A DNA stretch of 64,000 nucleotides, taken from an uncultured archaeon. Its GTDB lineage: Archaea; Altiarchaeota; Altiarchaeia; JAFGQM01. The notes beneath the pieces are model-generated. The model was given only the letters and a program-made list of their open reading frames with translations. It did no database searches and was not told the origin of the DNA. Positions 27,554-36,617 of this stretch are shown in pieces; position 1 is the first letter of the stretch, and every line of letters starts with the position of its first letter. The DNA lies in contig CAZQBY010000003.1 of NCBI GenBank assembly GCA_964592405.1, positions 20,329-84,328 on the forward strand, written 5' to 3'. A program made the position numbers and the translations under genes.

Positions 27554-28319
27554 TGGGACTCTGATAGACCACGATACATATTCGTGGGAGCCGGCCAGAG
27601 AATCCATAGAGATGCTAAAAGGGGCCAGAATTCCCATAATTCCCTGCACCTCCAAGACGCGTGCAGAGATAGAGTTCTATCGCAGAGGTATGGGGTTGGA
27701 GGATCCATTCATCTCGGAGAATGGAGGGGGTATATTCATACCAAAGGAATATTTTGACTTCAACTTTGATTATGACAAGGAGGTTGGGAATTACAAGGTT
27801 ATAGAGCTAGGAATGTCCTACGGGGACATAAGGCGTGCGCTGGATGAGATGCGCAGCTTTGGAGACATTACTGGCTTTGGTGACATGTCCGTAGAGGAGG
27901 TCGCCAGAGACACAGGACTCTCTCTGGAGGAGGCACGCATGGCCAAAGAGCGGGAGTATGATGAGGCATTCATATTCAGCGGTGATGAGGAGGGCCTAAA
28001 GAGGGCCATCAAGAAGGCGGGCCTCCGGTGGACAAAAGGCGGGCGATACTGGCATATTATGGGTAACAACGACAAGGGGAAGGCAGTCAGGATATTGACC
28101 GGACTATTCGCAAAGAAGTTGGGTTCTGTCCAGACTGTTGGGCTTGGTGACTCCCTGAACGACCTTCCCATGCTAGAGGCGGTGGAAATTCCAATACTCG
28201 TGCAGAAAAAGGATGGAAGTTATGATGCAAGAGTGGACGTTCCCGGCCTGATAAAGACGGATGCGCCGGGCCCGGAGGGGTGGGCCAAGGCCGTCAGAAG
28301 TCTCTTCCCCGCAGTTTGA
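27513..28319 (+). CDS. mannosyl/glucosyl-3-phosphoglycerate phosphatase (HAD IIB)
   Basis: FTDLDGTL, CTSKT, ISENGG, GGRYWH, DKGKAV, GDSLND, GPEGW. Confidence 0.9.
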   Translation: MTSSKNILVFTDLDGTLIDHDTYSWEPARESIEMLKGARIPIIPCTSKTRAEIEFYRRGMGLEDPFISENGGGIFIPKEYFDFNFDYDKEVGNYKVIELGMSYGDIRRALDEMRSFGDITGFGDMSVEEVARDTGLSLEEARMAKEREYDEAFIFSGDEEGLKRAIKKAGLRWTKGGRYWHIMGNNDKGKAVRILTGLFAKKLGSVQTVGLGDSLNDLPMLEAVEIPILVQKKDGSYDARVDVPGLIKTDAPGPEGWAKAVRSLFPAV

Positions 28320-28488
28320 GTCCAGATATGGGTTTAATCCCGGCACAGTTCGGATAGGAACAGGATATCAAGGCTCCTTGCATCCGTCATGTTTTCCAGA
28401 TATCTCAAATTGGTTTGGGATTCAAAAGTAAAATTGTGAGCGGATGCGTGCGAGATTTTTATAGTTCGACGCATTACTTAAGAAGAAA

Positions 28489-28992
28489 ATGCTCAGAAGA
28501 AGAACTATGACAAAGGCCTTTCTAGTAGGTGTCCATGAGATGGAGAGGAAGATGGGGCCGGAGGCCACCGACGAATGGATGCGCAAGATTGGTGAGAAGC
28601 TGGCGGAATTTGAAGGCCCGGGCATAATGGGTGAGGAAGTGGACGGTTTATACTGCTTCCGGATATGTCTGTTTGCACCAAAGCTGGATGAATTTTTGGA
28701 AGAAATGGGATATTGCCCTGAGGGCCATGAGGAGATACTAGAATATGTTAAGGTCAGAGATCAGGGGCCAAGAGGACCTGCCGCTGTCAACGTCTGTTGC
28801 TCCATGTGCCATGCTTATAGGAAAAGAAGGGGAAGGCTCTCGGGCAAGTCGGATCTGTTGCATCTGGGCGCAAGATACAAACTGACCGGAGAAGAGAATA
28901 TCAACAAAGAGGCAATCAAGAAATCAGGTCATAAGATCAAGGACATTGAAGCTCTCCTCAAGAAGTTTGACTGCATTAATGCCTATGTATGA
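28489..28992 (+). CDS. hypothetical Cys-containing protein
   Basis: 167-aa ORF coupled to the downstream hydrolase; C..IC.F and CCSMCH. Confidence 0.6.
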   Translation: MLRRRTMTKAFLVGVHEMERKMGPEATDEWMRKIGEKLAEFEGPGIMGEEVDGLYCFRICLFAPKLDEFLEEMGYCPEGHEEILEYVKVRDQGPRGPAAVNVCCSMCHAYRKRRGRLSGKSDLLHLGARYKLTGEENINKEAIKKSGHKIKDIEALLKKFDCINAYV

Positions 28993-30194
28993 TGAACCTG
29001 AAGGAAGCCCAAAAACTCTATGATAAAAGCATAGAGATACTAAGGGAGAATCAGCATGAAAACGGCGGTTTCTATGCCTCGCCACCCGGGACCCGCTATC
29101 CCTATGTCTATGCACGCGACCATTCCATAGATGTCATGGGCGCAACCAGCGCTGGGCTTTTCAATGTTGCCAAAAAGGGGCTAGAATTTATGCTCAGGTA
29201 TCAGAAGCCTAGCGGCGAGTTTGCACAGAGGTATGATGTAGAGGGCAATGACCGCTCATACAAGGAGCTGCAGATAGACGGCAATGGACTGGTGCTCTTT
29301 GCACTGGGAGATTATTGCAGGAAAAGCGGAGACTACTCCCTGGTGGATGAATACTGGGAGCACATAATGAAGGGTGCTGAATTCATATTGCAGAATATGA
29401 ATGATGAGATTGGACTAGTCCACACGATAAACAGCATCCATGAGTATCCCGCCTATGAACAGGGGTTTGAGATATATGCAAACTCGGCCTGTTGCGGTGG
29501 TCTGGCGGAGGTCGCCCGCCTGGCTAAAAGGAAGGGAGAGAAAGTGGGTGAAATAACCAAGGCAGTAAAGAGGATAAAAGCTGGTATCGGAAAGGCCCTT
29601 TGGAGCCCAAGGAGGAGATCCTTCATAAAAAACATACGGATAAAAAACAAGCACAGCAACCCTTTGGGCTATGATCCCTATTCATCCGTGGTGACAGATG
29701 TTGACGCAGTTTTATATGCGCCTGCTTATTTTGGGATATTCCCAGACAGCGACAGAAAGATCAAGCTAACTGTTGAGAGGATACATAAGGAGCTATGGGA
29801 TCTGGAGCTGGGTGGATTAAATCGTTATCCTGAGAGCTGGGGACGCAACAACGGGGGTTATGGACCGTGGTGCCATTTTACAGCCATGTTGTCACGCCAC
29901 TATTCCAAGACTGGTATGAAGTGGATGGCTGACATATATCTTGGATGGGTAGTGGACAAGGCCTATAACTATCTTCTCCCGGAACATATATCCACCTGTG
30001 AGCGCTTCCGGCTGTGGGAGGAGGAGTATACCAACGCCCACATCATGCGAGACGACAAGATTGTGATGCGCAGACGCATCAAAAAGCACCCGATGTGGAA
30101 GGAAGGCTTGGCATATGTAGTGGTTCCGCTCATCTGGCCGCATGCCGAATATATCATGGCCTATAACGACTACAAGAAAGCCTTTTTGGGCTGA
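28989..30194 (+). CDS. GH15-like (alpha/alpha)6 glycoside hydrolase
   Basis: YPYVYARD, LQIDG, GLNRYPE, LPEH, PLIWPHAEY. Confidence 0.8.
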   Translation: MMNLKEAQKLYDKSIEILRENQHENGGFYASPPGTRYPYVYARDHSIDVMGATSAGLFNVAKKGLEFMLRYQKPSGEFAQRYDVEGNDRSYKELQIDGNGLVLFALGDYCRKSGDYSLVDEYWEHIMKGAEFILQNMNDEIGLVHTINSIHEYPAYEQGFEIYANSACCGGLAEVARLAKRKGEKVGEITKAVKRIKAGIGKALWSPRRRSFIKNIRIKNKHSNPLGYDPYSSVVTDVDAVLYAPAYFGIFPDSDRKIKLTVERIHKELWDLELGGLNRYPESWGRNNGGYGPWCHFTAMLSRHYSKTGMKWMADIYLGWVVDKAYNYLLPEHISTCERFRLWEEEYTNAHIMRDDKIVMRRRIKKHPMWKEGLAYVVVPLIWPHAEYIMAYNDYKKAFLG

Positions 30195-30362
30195 AGTTCC
30201 GGCCACCTGAGCCCAGTCGGAAGAAGGAGGATTTCCTGGCCAGTGGCCTGACATAAAGGTCCGGGAAATGAGGGTGCAGGCTTTTCAAGATTAGTCTTTT
30301 ATTTTGGAATATTCTAACTAAGCGCCATTGTCCGAATTGGAGAAGGCATTTGGAATCGTTGT

Positions 30363-30529
30363 GCGGCCGTGGTGTAGTCTGGTATCACTCAAGCCTTCCA
30401 CGACCTTTTCTCGGAGAAAAGGTCGATCAAAAGAGGCCTTCGCCTCGTGAAGGCGCTTTCGGTCGACCGTGGACTAGAGACTGGGAGCGGAGTGAGCTTG
30501 GAACCCGGGTTCGAATCCCGGCGGCCGCA
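30363..30529 (+). tRNA. tRNA-Gly(UCC) with 94-nt intron (30401-30494) at 37/38
   Basis: Acceptor GCGGCCG/CGGCCGC; anticodon stem CAAGC/GCTTG with TCC at 30397-30399; T arm CCGGG TTCGAAT CCCGG; CTTC/GGAG central helix and TG|A bulge (relaxed BHB). Confidence 0.92.
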
Positions 30530-30554
30530 CCTTACTTTTTCTTGAGTTAACCTT

Positions 30555-30638
30555 GGTGCGGTCTTCGCTTCACTGCTCAAGAAAGCCATTGGGCGAAGCA
30601 TGCTTCTCGCATTCGCTCGAAGCGGCGGCCACACTTAC
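30555..30638 (+). repeat. tRNA-trailer hairpin unit C1
   Basis: GTGCGGTCTTCGCTTC (30556-30571) pairs with GAAGCGGCGGCCACAC (30619-30634); CGGCGGCCACAC-TTAC repeats the tRNA end CGGCGGCCGCACCTTAC 104 nt upstream. Confidence 0.75.
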
Positions 30639-30656
30639 ACATCATTATGGTGGCTC

Positions 30657-30723
30657 GTGCTGGCTGCTATGGCAGGAGCATCTGCCTAGAGGTGTATCCA
30701 CCCTGCCATCCAAACGACCGTGC
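30657..30723 (+). repeat. tRNA-trailer hairpin unit C2 (same core family as units A and B)
   Basis: Core 30668-30711 aligns to 12061-12105 at about 33/45; ATGGCAGG/CCTGCCAT perfect stem; decayed tRNA-end copies on both flanks. Confidence 0.7.
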
Positions 30724-30754
30724 TTCTTTTTCTTGATTCCCTCGTTATAGCTCC

Positions 30755-32116
30755 ATGAAGATAAGTTTTCTAGGAGCCTGCAGAATGGTTACCGGCTCCT
30801 GTTATCTCATTGAGACAAATGGGGAGAAGGTGCTGGTTGACTGTGGTATGTTTCAGGGTTCCAAAGAGGTTACCCGGCTTAATTATGAGGGTTTTGGATT
30901 CAACCCGGAAGAGATATCATATGTTTTTCTGACTCATGCACATATTGACCATTCCGGCCTGCTGCCAAAGCTCTATGCAGAAGGATTTTATGGCAGAATC
31001 GTTTCGACCGGGGCAACTGCCGATTTGTGCAAGATTATGCTGGAAGATGCAGCTGATATGCACGAGCACGGAACAGAGCATGAGAACCGCAGAAGAGAGG
31101 AAGAGGGTTTGCCACCAAGAAAGCCGCTCTACACTAAGAGAGATGCTAGGGGCGTCTGCAGGCAGTTTGACAGGGTCAACTACGATGAGACATATGAAGG
31201 TGGCTGTATTAGTGTGAGGTATTTTGATGCAGGCCACATACTGGGCTCGGCAATAATTGAGATGTCTGCAGAGGGCAAAAAGATTGTCTTTTCCGGCGAT
31301 ATTGGTCAGTGGGGCAGCCCAATAGTGAGAGATCCCACCCTGATAAGGGAGGCAGACTATTTGCTGATGGAGTCTACGTATGGAAATCGTCTCCATCAGG
31401 ATGTTTCTGAGAGGGCAAACCTGCTGGCAGAATATGCCCGAGAAACTTACAAAAGGGGGGGCAAACTGCTTATACCCTCATTCGCTGTAGAGAGGACACA
31501 GGAGCTACTTTACACAATAAAAAAACTAAAGGATGCCGGAGAGTTCCCACAGGAAGAAGTCTTTCTGGACAGCCCGCTGGCCATGAGAGCAACCAATGTT
31601 TTCGTCAAGCACAGGGAGTGCTATGACTGGGAGAGTCTGAGTTCTGACGATCCTATGGGATTGGATGAAATTCAGTACACAGGAAGTGTGGAGGCTTCCA
31701 AGAAGCTCAACCACTACAGCAAGCCGTGTATCATAATTGCTGGGAGCGGAATGTGTACGGGTGGTAGGATAAAACACCATCTCAAAAACAGTCTTTATGA
31801 CTCAAGAAATATGGTGCTGTTTGTAGGCTATCAGGCAGAAGGCACTCTGGGCCGAGTAATCCTCGAAGGAGCCAAGAGAGTCAGGCTCTTGGGTGTTGAG
31901 GTGGATGTCAATGCCGAGATTCGCAGTATAGATGGGTTCTCGGCTCATGCCGATAGGAACGGCCTGCTCACATGGGTCAAGGGATTCAAAAGAGCACCAA
32001 AAATCACTTTTATAGTCCATGGCGAACCAGATGCTGCAGAGGCATTGAAAGAGGGGCTTGAGAGGGGAGGTTTCTATTGCAGGATACCCTCAATGCTACA
32101 GACCATAAGGCTCTGA
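30755..32116 (+). CDS. beta-CASP metallo-beta-lactamase ribonuclease
   Basis: THAHIDH, AGHILGS, FSGD, ESTYG, FSAHAD, VHGE. Confidence 0.92.
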   Translation: MKISFLGACRMVTGSCYLIETNGEKVLVDCGMFQGSKEVTRLNYEGFGFNPEEISYVFLTHAHIDHSGLLPKLYAEGFYGRIVSTGATADLCKIMLEDAADMHEHGTEHENRRREEEGLPPRKPLYTKRDARGVCRQFDRVNYDETYEGGCISVRYFDAGHILGSAIIEMSAEGKKIVFSGDIGQWGSPIVRDPTLIREADYLLMESTYGNRLHQDVSERANLLAEYARETYKRGGKLLIPSFAVERTQELLYTIKKLKDAGEFPQEEVFLDSPLAMRATNVFVKHRECYDWESLSSDDPMGLDEIQYTGSVEASKKLNHYSKPCIIIAGSGMCTGGRIKHHLKNSLYDSRNMVLFVGYQAEGTLGRVILEGAKRVRLLGVEVDVNAEIRSIDGFSAHADRNGLLTWVKGFKRAPKITFIVHGEPDAAEALKEGLERGGFYCRIPSMLQTIRL

Positions 32117-32180
32117 ATATCATAGCTATCCAAGAACCAAGCGGGTTTTTAACATTAGTCAGTAAAAAACTACTGAAGAA

Positions 32181-34373
32181 ATGCCCGCCAAGAAGACCGG
32201 ATCCCAGACATTTGGAACCTTCACCGGCGTTTTTGTGCCAACGTTCCTGAGTATTATAGGAGTTATACTCTTTCTCCGGCTGGGATATGTGGTGGGGGGT
32301 GCTGGAACACTCGGCGCTGCGATCATAATAATCTTGGCTGTATCAGTTACCTTCTCCACCGGCTTGGCCCTAAGCTCGATAACCAGTAATATAAGGATAG
32401 GAGCAGGCGGAGCTTTCTCCATAGTTTCAAAGACTTTGGGTTTGGAAGTGGGAGGTAGCGTAGGAATACCGCTCTTTCTCGCCCAGACATTCTCAGTGGC
32501 ACTCTATATCTTTGGTTTCACAGAGGCATGGAGTTTTATATATCCCGGGCATAATCCCCTTCTAGTATCTCTTCTGGTTTTTGGATCCCTGTTTCTCCTG
32601 GTCTTCATAAGCACCAGAATAGCCGTAAAGGCCCAGTTGCTGGTTTTTATCCTTGTCTGTGTGTCTCTGCTCTCAATATTTATGGGCGGTAACCCGGATA
32701 AAGGGGGAGCACATGTGCCGCTGATAGACTTCTCTAGGATACCCTTCTGGACGCTCTTTGCATTGTTCTTTCCAGCAGTAACAGGCCTGATGGCGGGAGT
32801 TGGTATGTCAGGAGAACTCTCTGATCCCAAGCAGCAGATACCCAAGGGCGTTCTCTCCGCCCTGATAATAACCACAGTTATTTATCTAAGTCTGGTGGTT
32901 TTCTTCGGCTACTTTTCAAACACGCTGGAACTGCTCAAGAACAACTTGATAGTCTTGGATCTTGCGGCCTTTCCCTTCCTGGTTCTTATAGGTATACTGG
33001 CAGCTACATACTCCAGTGCCCTTACCACATTCGTTGCTGCACCAAGGGTTCTGCTGGCCCTAGGCGAGCACTCAATATTACCAAAAGACAAAATGCTTTC
33101 CAGAAAAACCGGCCGTGGAGAGCCAAGGAATGCTACTCTGATAACAGGGATGATAGTCGCACTACTGCTTATGATGGGTAATCTCAATATGATAGCGCCT
33201 ATATTGACAATATTCTTCCTGATAACCTACGCTGCAATAAATGCCTCTGTTTTTATAGAACAGTCCCTCAGCCTGGTGAGCTTCAGACCAACATTCACAA
33301 TACCGCGGATAATCCCGTTGTATGGAGCCATCAGCTCAATCGCAATAATGTTCCTGATAAACAGCATAGCAGGCCTCGCTTCCATATCCTTCCTAATACT
33401 CCTGTACCTGGCTCTGATAAAGAAGCCGTTTAAGGAGAAAGAGGGGGATATACGCTCAGGACTCTTCAGATCCATCTCCGAATGGGCTATCAAGGAAACT
33501 AAAAGCTTCCCCCGGTCACCCCATACATGGAAGCCCAATATCCTTATACCTGTTCTCACAACAAAGACTCTTGCCGGCAATTTTCCGCTGATACGAGATA
33601 TTGCCCGCCCCTATGGCACCATGACTGTTCTTGGGTTTAATCTGGAGAGGAACATCAAGAAAAATCCGGAAAAGAAGGACATAACGAAAACCCAGATGAA
33701 GAAGGAGCTGACCGAGCTCCCCAATCTGGTAGAGAAGTTTGGCGAAAGCGGTATATTCACCTCCTTTTCAACAGTAGATGCGAGGAGATATGTCGATGGC
33801 CTTATAGTCGCAATGGAGGCTATGGAGAGCCAGGTCTTTGCCCCCAATATAGTTTTCCTCCCCTACAAGCCGGACAGGCTACCCCAGAGAAGTCTGAAGA
33901 AGATAATCAACATAACCAAAAAACTGAAATGCGGGCTGATGTTGTTTGACAAGGAGGAACAGGTTGGACTGGGTTCTGAAAAGAATATACATATCTGGAT
34001 ATCTCCCAAGGCCCTCAGAAAGGACCTTTATGAGGAAAAATACTATGATCTTGCCATGCTGATAGCCTATGCCCTGTGGAAGAACTGGAAGGGAAGTATA
34101 ACACTGTGGATGTGCGTCAAAAACAAGAGAAAAAAGCAGGAAGCAGAAAGATATCTCAGGCAACTGCTATATGATGCAAGATTTCCAAAATCCACAACAA
34201 TTAGGGTGGTTATTGGCGACTTTCACAGGGTTCTTGGAGAGAGCCCGGATGGGGATATCCACATGGTGCCCTTCCAGGCCAGTGATGTGAATGCTATCAT
34301 CAACATAGCCAAGACAAGGAACAAATCTTTCCTCTTTGTCCTTGATTCAACCGAAGAAAGCATTCTGGCATGA
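32181..34373 (+). CDS. APC-superfamily permease, cation-chloride cotransporter (SLC12-like)
   Basis: FGTFTGVFVPT..SIIGVILFLR, FFPAVTG, FRPTF, WKPNIL, large C-terminal cytoplasmic domain. Confidence 0.85.
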   Translation: MPAKKTGSQTFGTFTGVFVPTFLSIIGVILFLRLGYVVGGAGTLGAAIIIILAVSVTFSTGLALSSITSNIRIGAGGAFSIVSKTLGLEVGGSVGIPLFLAQTFSVALYIFGFTEAWSFIYPGHNPLLVSLLVFGSLFLLVFISTRIAVKAQLLVFILVCVSLLSIFMGGNPDKGGAHVPLIDFSRIPFWTLFALFFPAVTGLMAGVGMSGELSDPKQQIPKGVLSALIITTVIYLSLVVFFGYFSNTLELLKNNLIVLDLAAFPFLVLIGILAATYSSALTTFVAAPRVLLALGEHSILPKDKMLSRKTGRGEPRNATLITGMIVALLLMMGNLNMIAPILTIFFLITYAAINASVFIEQSLSLVSFRPTFTIPRIIPLYGAISSIAIMFLINSIAGLASISFLILLYLALIKKPFKEKEGDIRSGLFRSISEWAIKETKSFPRSPHTWKPNILIPVLTTKTLAGNFPLIRDIARPYGTMTVLGFNLERNIKKNPEKKDITKTQMKKELTELPNLVEKFGESGIFTSFSTVDARRYVDGLIVAMEAMESQVFAPNIVFLPYKPDRLPQRSLKKIINITKKLKCGLMLFDKEEQVGLGSEKNIHIWISPKALRKDLYEEKYYDLAMLIAYALWKNWKGSITLWMCVKNKRKKQEAERYLRQLLYDARFPKSTTIRVVIGDFHRVLGESPDGDIHMVPFQASDVNAIINIAKTRNKSFLFVLDSTEESILA

Positions 34374-34420
34374 GCAATGGGAGATTATTTTTAAAACAAA
34401 ACCAAATAAATTTCCGATCT

Positions 34421-35146
34421 ATGGACAAGAGGATCTTATCTGGCATAGGTGGAGGAGTGGCAGTATTTGTGATAGTTATGCTCATGATAATGTTCACAAG
34501 CCCGCATAGACCCAGGTGCGGTGACAACATCTGCAGTGATGCCGAGTCCTGTAAGTCCTGCCCGAAAGACTGTGGAAACTGTGCAACCCGGATAGAAGAG
34601 GCAGTGTGTGAAGACGGGCTCTTCTGGTGTGAGGATAAGGGGGAGTGTGTGAGATCGAGGGCACACTGTCTGGAAACACCATTTGGTGTGCATATTGCCG
34701 AAGAGGCCAATAAACAGTGGGGCGGAGCGTTTATCTACCCGGAGAGGAACATATCATCCACAGAGGGGTGGTGGAGAGCCAGTTTCAATGTCCCTGAAGG
34801 CGCACAGGTACTAGATGAGTGCTATATCTTTATGAGGGGAGATAGTAGCAGGGAGGCTGACGGTGCTTATTTTTTAGAACATGGCCCTGTCAACATCAGT
34901 GGCAGAAAGGTATGTGAGATAGAAGTCAGGGAAGGTCCGGTAAAGCCGTGCGGCAGGTTCATAGTGCACATAGATCTGGATGCCATGAAAGAGGGCTATG
35001 ATGCTGAGGCTGACAACTGGCGCGATTTCTTCGACTGCGAAACCGATGGAACTGATTACTGCCAGCGTGAATGCGATGCCATGATGATGGAATTGATGAA
35101 ACAGGAGACATCATCAGTCAACATAACCAGCCACCACTCAACATAA
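34421..35146 (+). CDS. membrane-anchored Cys-rich protein
   Basis: Start placed at MDKRIL; TM helix, then CGDNICSDAESCKSCPKDCGNC. Confidence 0.65.
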   Translation: MDKRILSGIGGGVAVFVIVMLMIMFTSPHRPRCGDNICSDAESCKSCPKDCGNCATRIEEAVCEDGLFWCEDKGECVRSRAHCLETPFGVHIAEEANKQWGGAFIYPERNISSTEGWWRASFNVPEGAQVLDECYIFMRGDSSREADGAYFLEHGPVNISGRKVCEIEVREGPVKPCGRFIVHIDLDAMKEGYDAEADNWRDFFDCETDGTDYCQRECDAMMMELMKQETSSVNITSHHST

Positions 35147-35261
35147 CCAGTGGATGAGCAAATTCGGATATGCGATTACTGAATTCTTGGACATGGCTGC
35201 CCATCTGGATGTGATAACTTCGTCAAGGGGTACGCACATTCCACCATGGGGGAGGATAGTC

Positions 35262-35681
35262 CTAGAAAGTAAGTCCCTCATCCATGCTACTCAGTGGCAG
35301 GCGTCTGTTCTTGGGCAGGTTGTTTATTATTTTTCCCTGCTTTGGCTTCCCAACCCCTAAGATATATTTCTTGTATCTGAGTATGACATAATATCCGCTA
35401 GCCTCCTTTTCAATATCAAGACCGCACATCCACTGCTTTGCCTGTTGTTCATCCAAATCAACAAAATTCTGCGTGGCCAGTTGTGCAACAGCAAAACTGG
35501 GTCTGAACACCCTTTCCATGGAACCTGTGTATAAGCCTTGTCTGCCCCGAAGATCCATATTCTCTCCTGTGTAGATAAAGACGCGCTTGCCCTTGGCATA
35601 CATTCTTCCCTGTGGAAGCTCTATTCCAAATTTGTCCTTCAGATACTCCCTGATGTGGTCAAAGTTGGGTTCCAAGTTCAT
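35262..35681 (-). CDS. NIP7/RsmF C-terminal PUA-like protein
   Basis: VDLDEQQAKQWMCGLDI, YVILRY...LGVGK, INNLPKNRR; coupled to the m5C methyltransferase. Confidence 0.75.
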   Translation of the reverse strand: MNLEPNFDHIREYLKDKFGIELPQGRMYAKGKRVFIYTGENMDLRGRQGLYTGSMERVFRPSFAVAQLATQNFVDLDEQQAKQWMCGLDIEKEASGYYVILRYKKYILGVGKPKQGKIINNLPKNRRLPLSSMDEGLTF

Positions 35682-36555
35682 TTTCTGTTATATCCTTTGA
35701 TATCTTCGCCACAAAGAAGAACTCTGTGTCATTATCCCATGGGTATATGCGCATACATCGCTCTGTGCCCGGCAGCAGGCCCGGGCGCGATTTTATTCTT
35801 GCGTTGACCCTCTCCAGTCTAGCCTCCCCAAAGCGCTCCAGCAGGGAGAGGATTACTGCCTCATTCTCCTCAACAGAACTGGTACATGTAGAGTAAACCA
35901 GAACCCCGCCCGGTTTGAGAAGCTTGAAGGCTGACCTGAGGAGTCCTTTCTGAAGACTAGATATCCTCTTGGCAAATCCGGGCGTCCACATCTTTAGAAC
36001 ACTGGGGCTCTTTCTAGCAGAGCCCATATTGGAACATGGAACATCCACCAGTATGCGGTCAAACTGCATGATAGTGGGGAAGCGAAGGCCATCAAAGTGT
36101 GTGACAACTGCATTCATAACACCACAGCGCTCAAGGTTGGAAACCAGGGCCTTGCGCCTCTCAGGATCCGGGTCATTGGCCACCAGCGTTCTGCAGAAGG
36201 GGGCAATCTGGGTGGATTTCGACCCGGGAGCTGCTGCTATGTCCAATACTGCATCTCCATGCTCCGGAGCCAGAACAACAGCCGGCAACATGGAAGCGGC
36301 CTCCTGAACGTAGAAGTAGCCAAGCTGGTGGGGTATAGTAGCCCCCCAAGGCCTGTTATCAACCCGGAATCCATACTTGCACCAAGGTAGTGGCTCGGCA
36401 CCCATGATATCCAGCTCGCTCCTGAAATCCCTTGGAGTTGTCCGGATGGGGTTTAATCTTATGGACTTTCGTATGGGCTTTTTTATCCATTCCCTGAACA
36501 GGGGAAATTCATCACCCAGCAACTCCCTGTGGTAATCCAGCATCTTTTTGTTCAT
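35659..36555 (-). CDS. RsmB/NOP2/RsmF-family RNA m5C methyltransferase
   Basis: YVQEAAS, VLDIAAAPGSKS, LVDVPCS, VYSTCT..EENE; start placed at MNKKML. Confidence 0.92.
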   Translation of the reverse strand: MNKKMLDYHRELLGDEFPLFREWIKKPIRKSIRLNPIRTTPRDFRSELDIMGAEPLPWCKYGFRVDNRPWGATIPHQLGYFYVQEAASMLPAVVLAPEHGDAVLDIAAAPGSKSTQIAPFCRTLVANDPDPERRKALVSNLERCGVMNAVVTHFDGLRFPTIMQFDRILVDVPCSNMGSARKSPSVLKMWTPGFAKRISSLQKGLLRSAFKLLKPGGVLVYSTCTSSVEENEAVILSLLERFGEARLERVNARIKSRPGLLPGTERCMRIYPWDNDTEFFFVAKISKDITENELGTQL

Positions 36556-36617
36556 TGCTTGAATTTGAATCTCATATACAAAAAACAATTTTTAAACCGA
36601 CTCTTATTAATTCCCCG

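Noticed and set aside
30350-30750. Short ORFs 30350-30550, 30389-30634 and 30553-30750
   Set aside because: They overlap tRNA-Gly(UCC) and its trailer hairpins; spurious.
35262-36555. Apparent split RsmF as a novelty
   Set aside because: Adjacent NOP2-like methyltransferase and NIP7/PUA-like genes are an ordinary archaeal arrangement.
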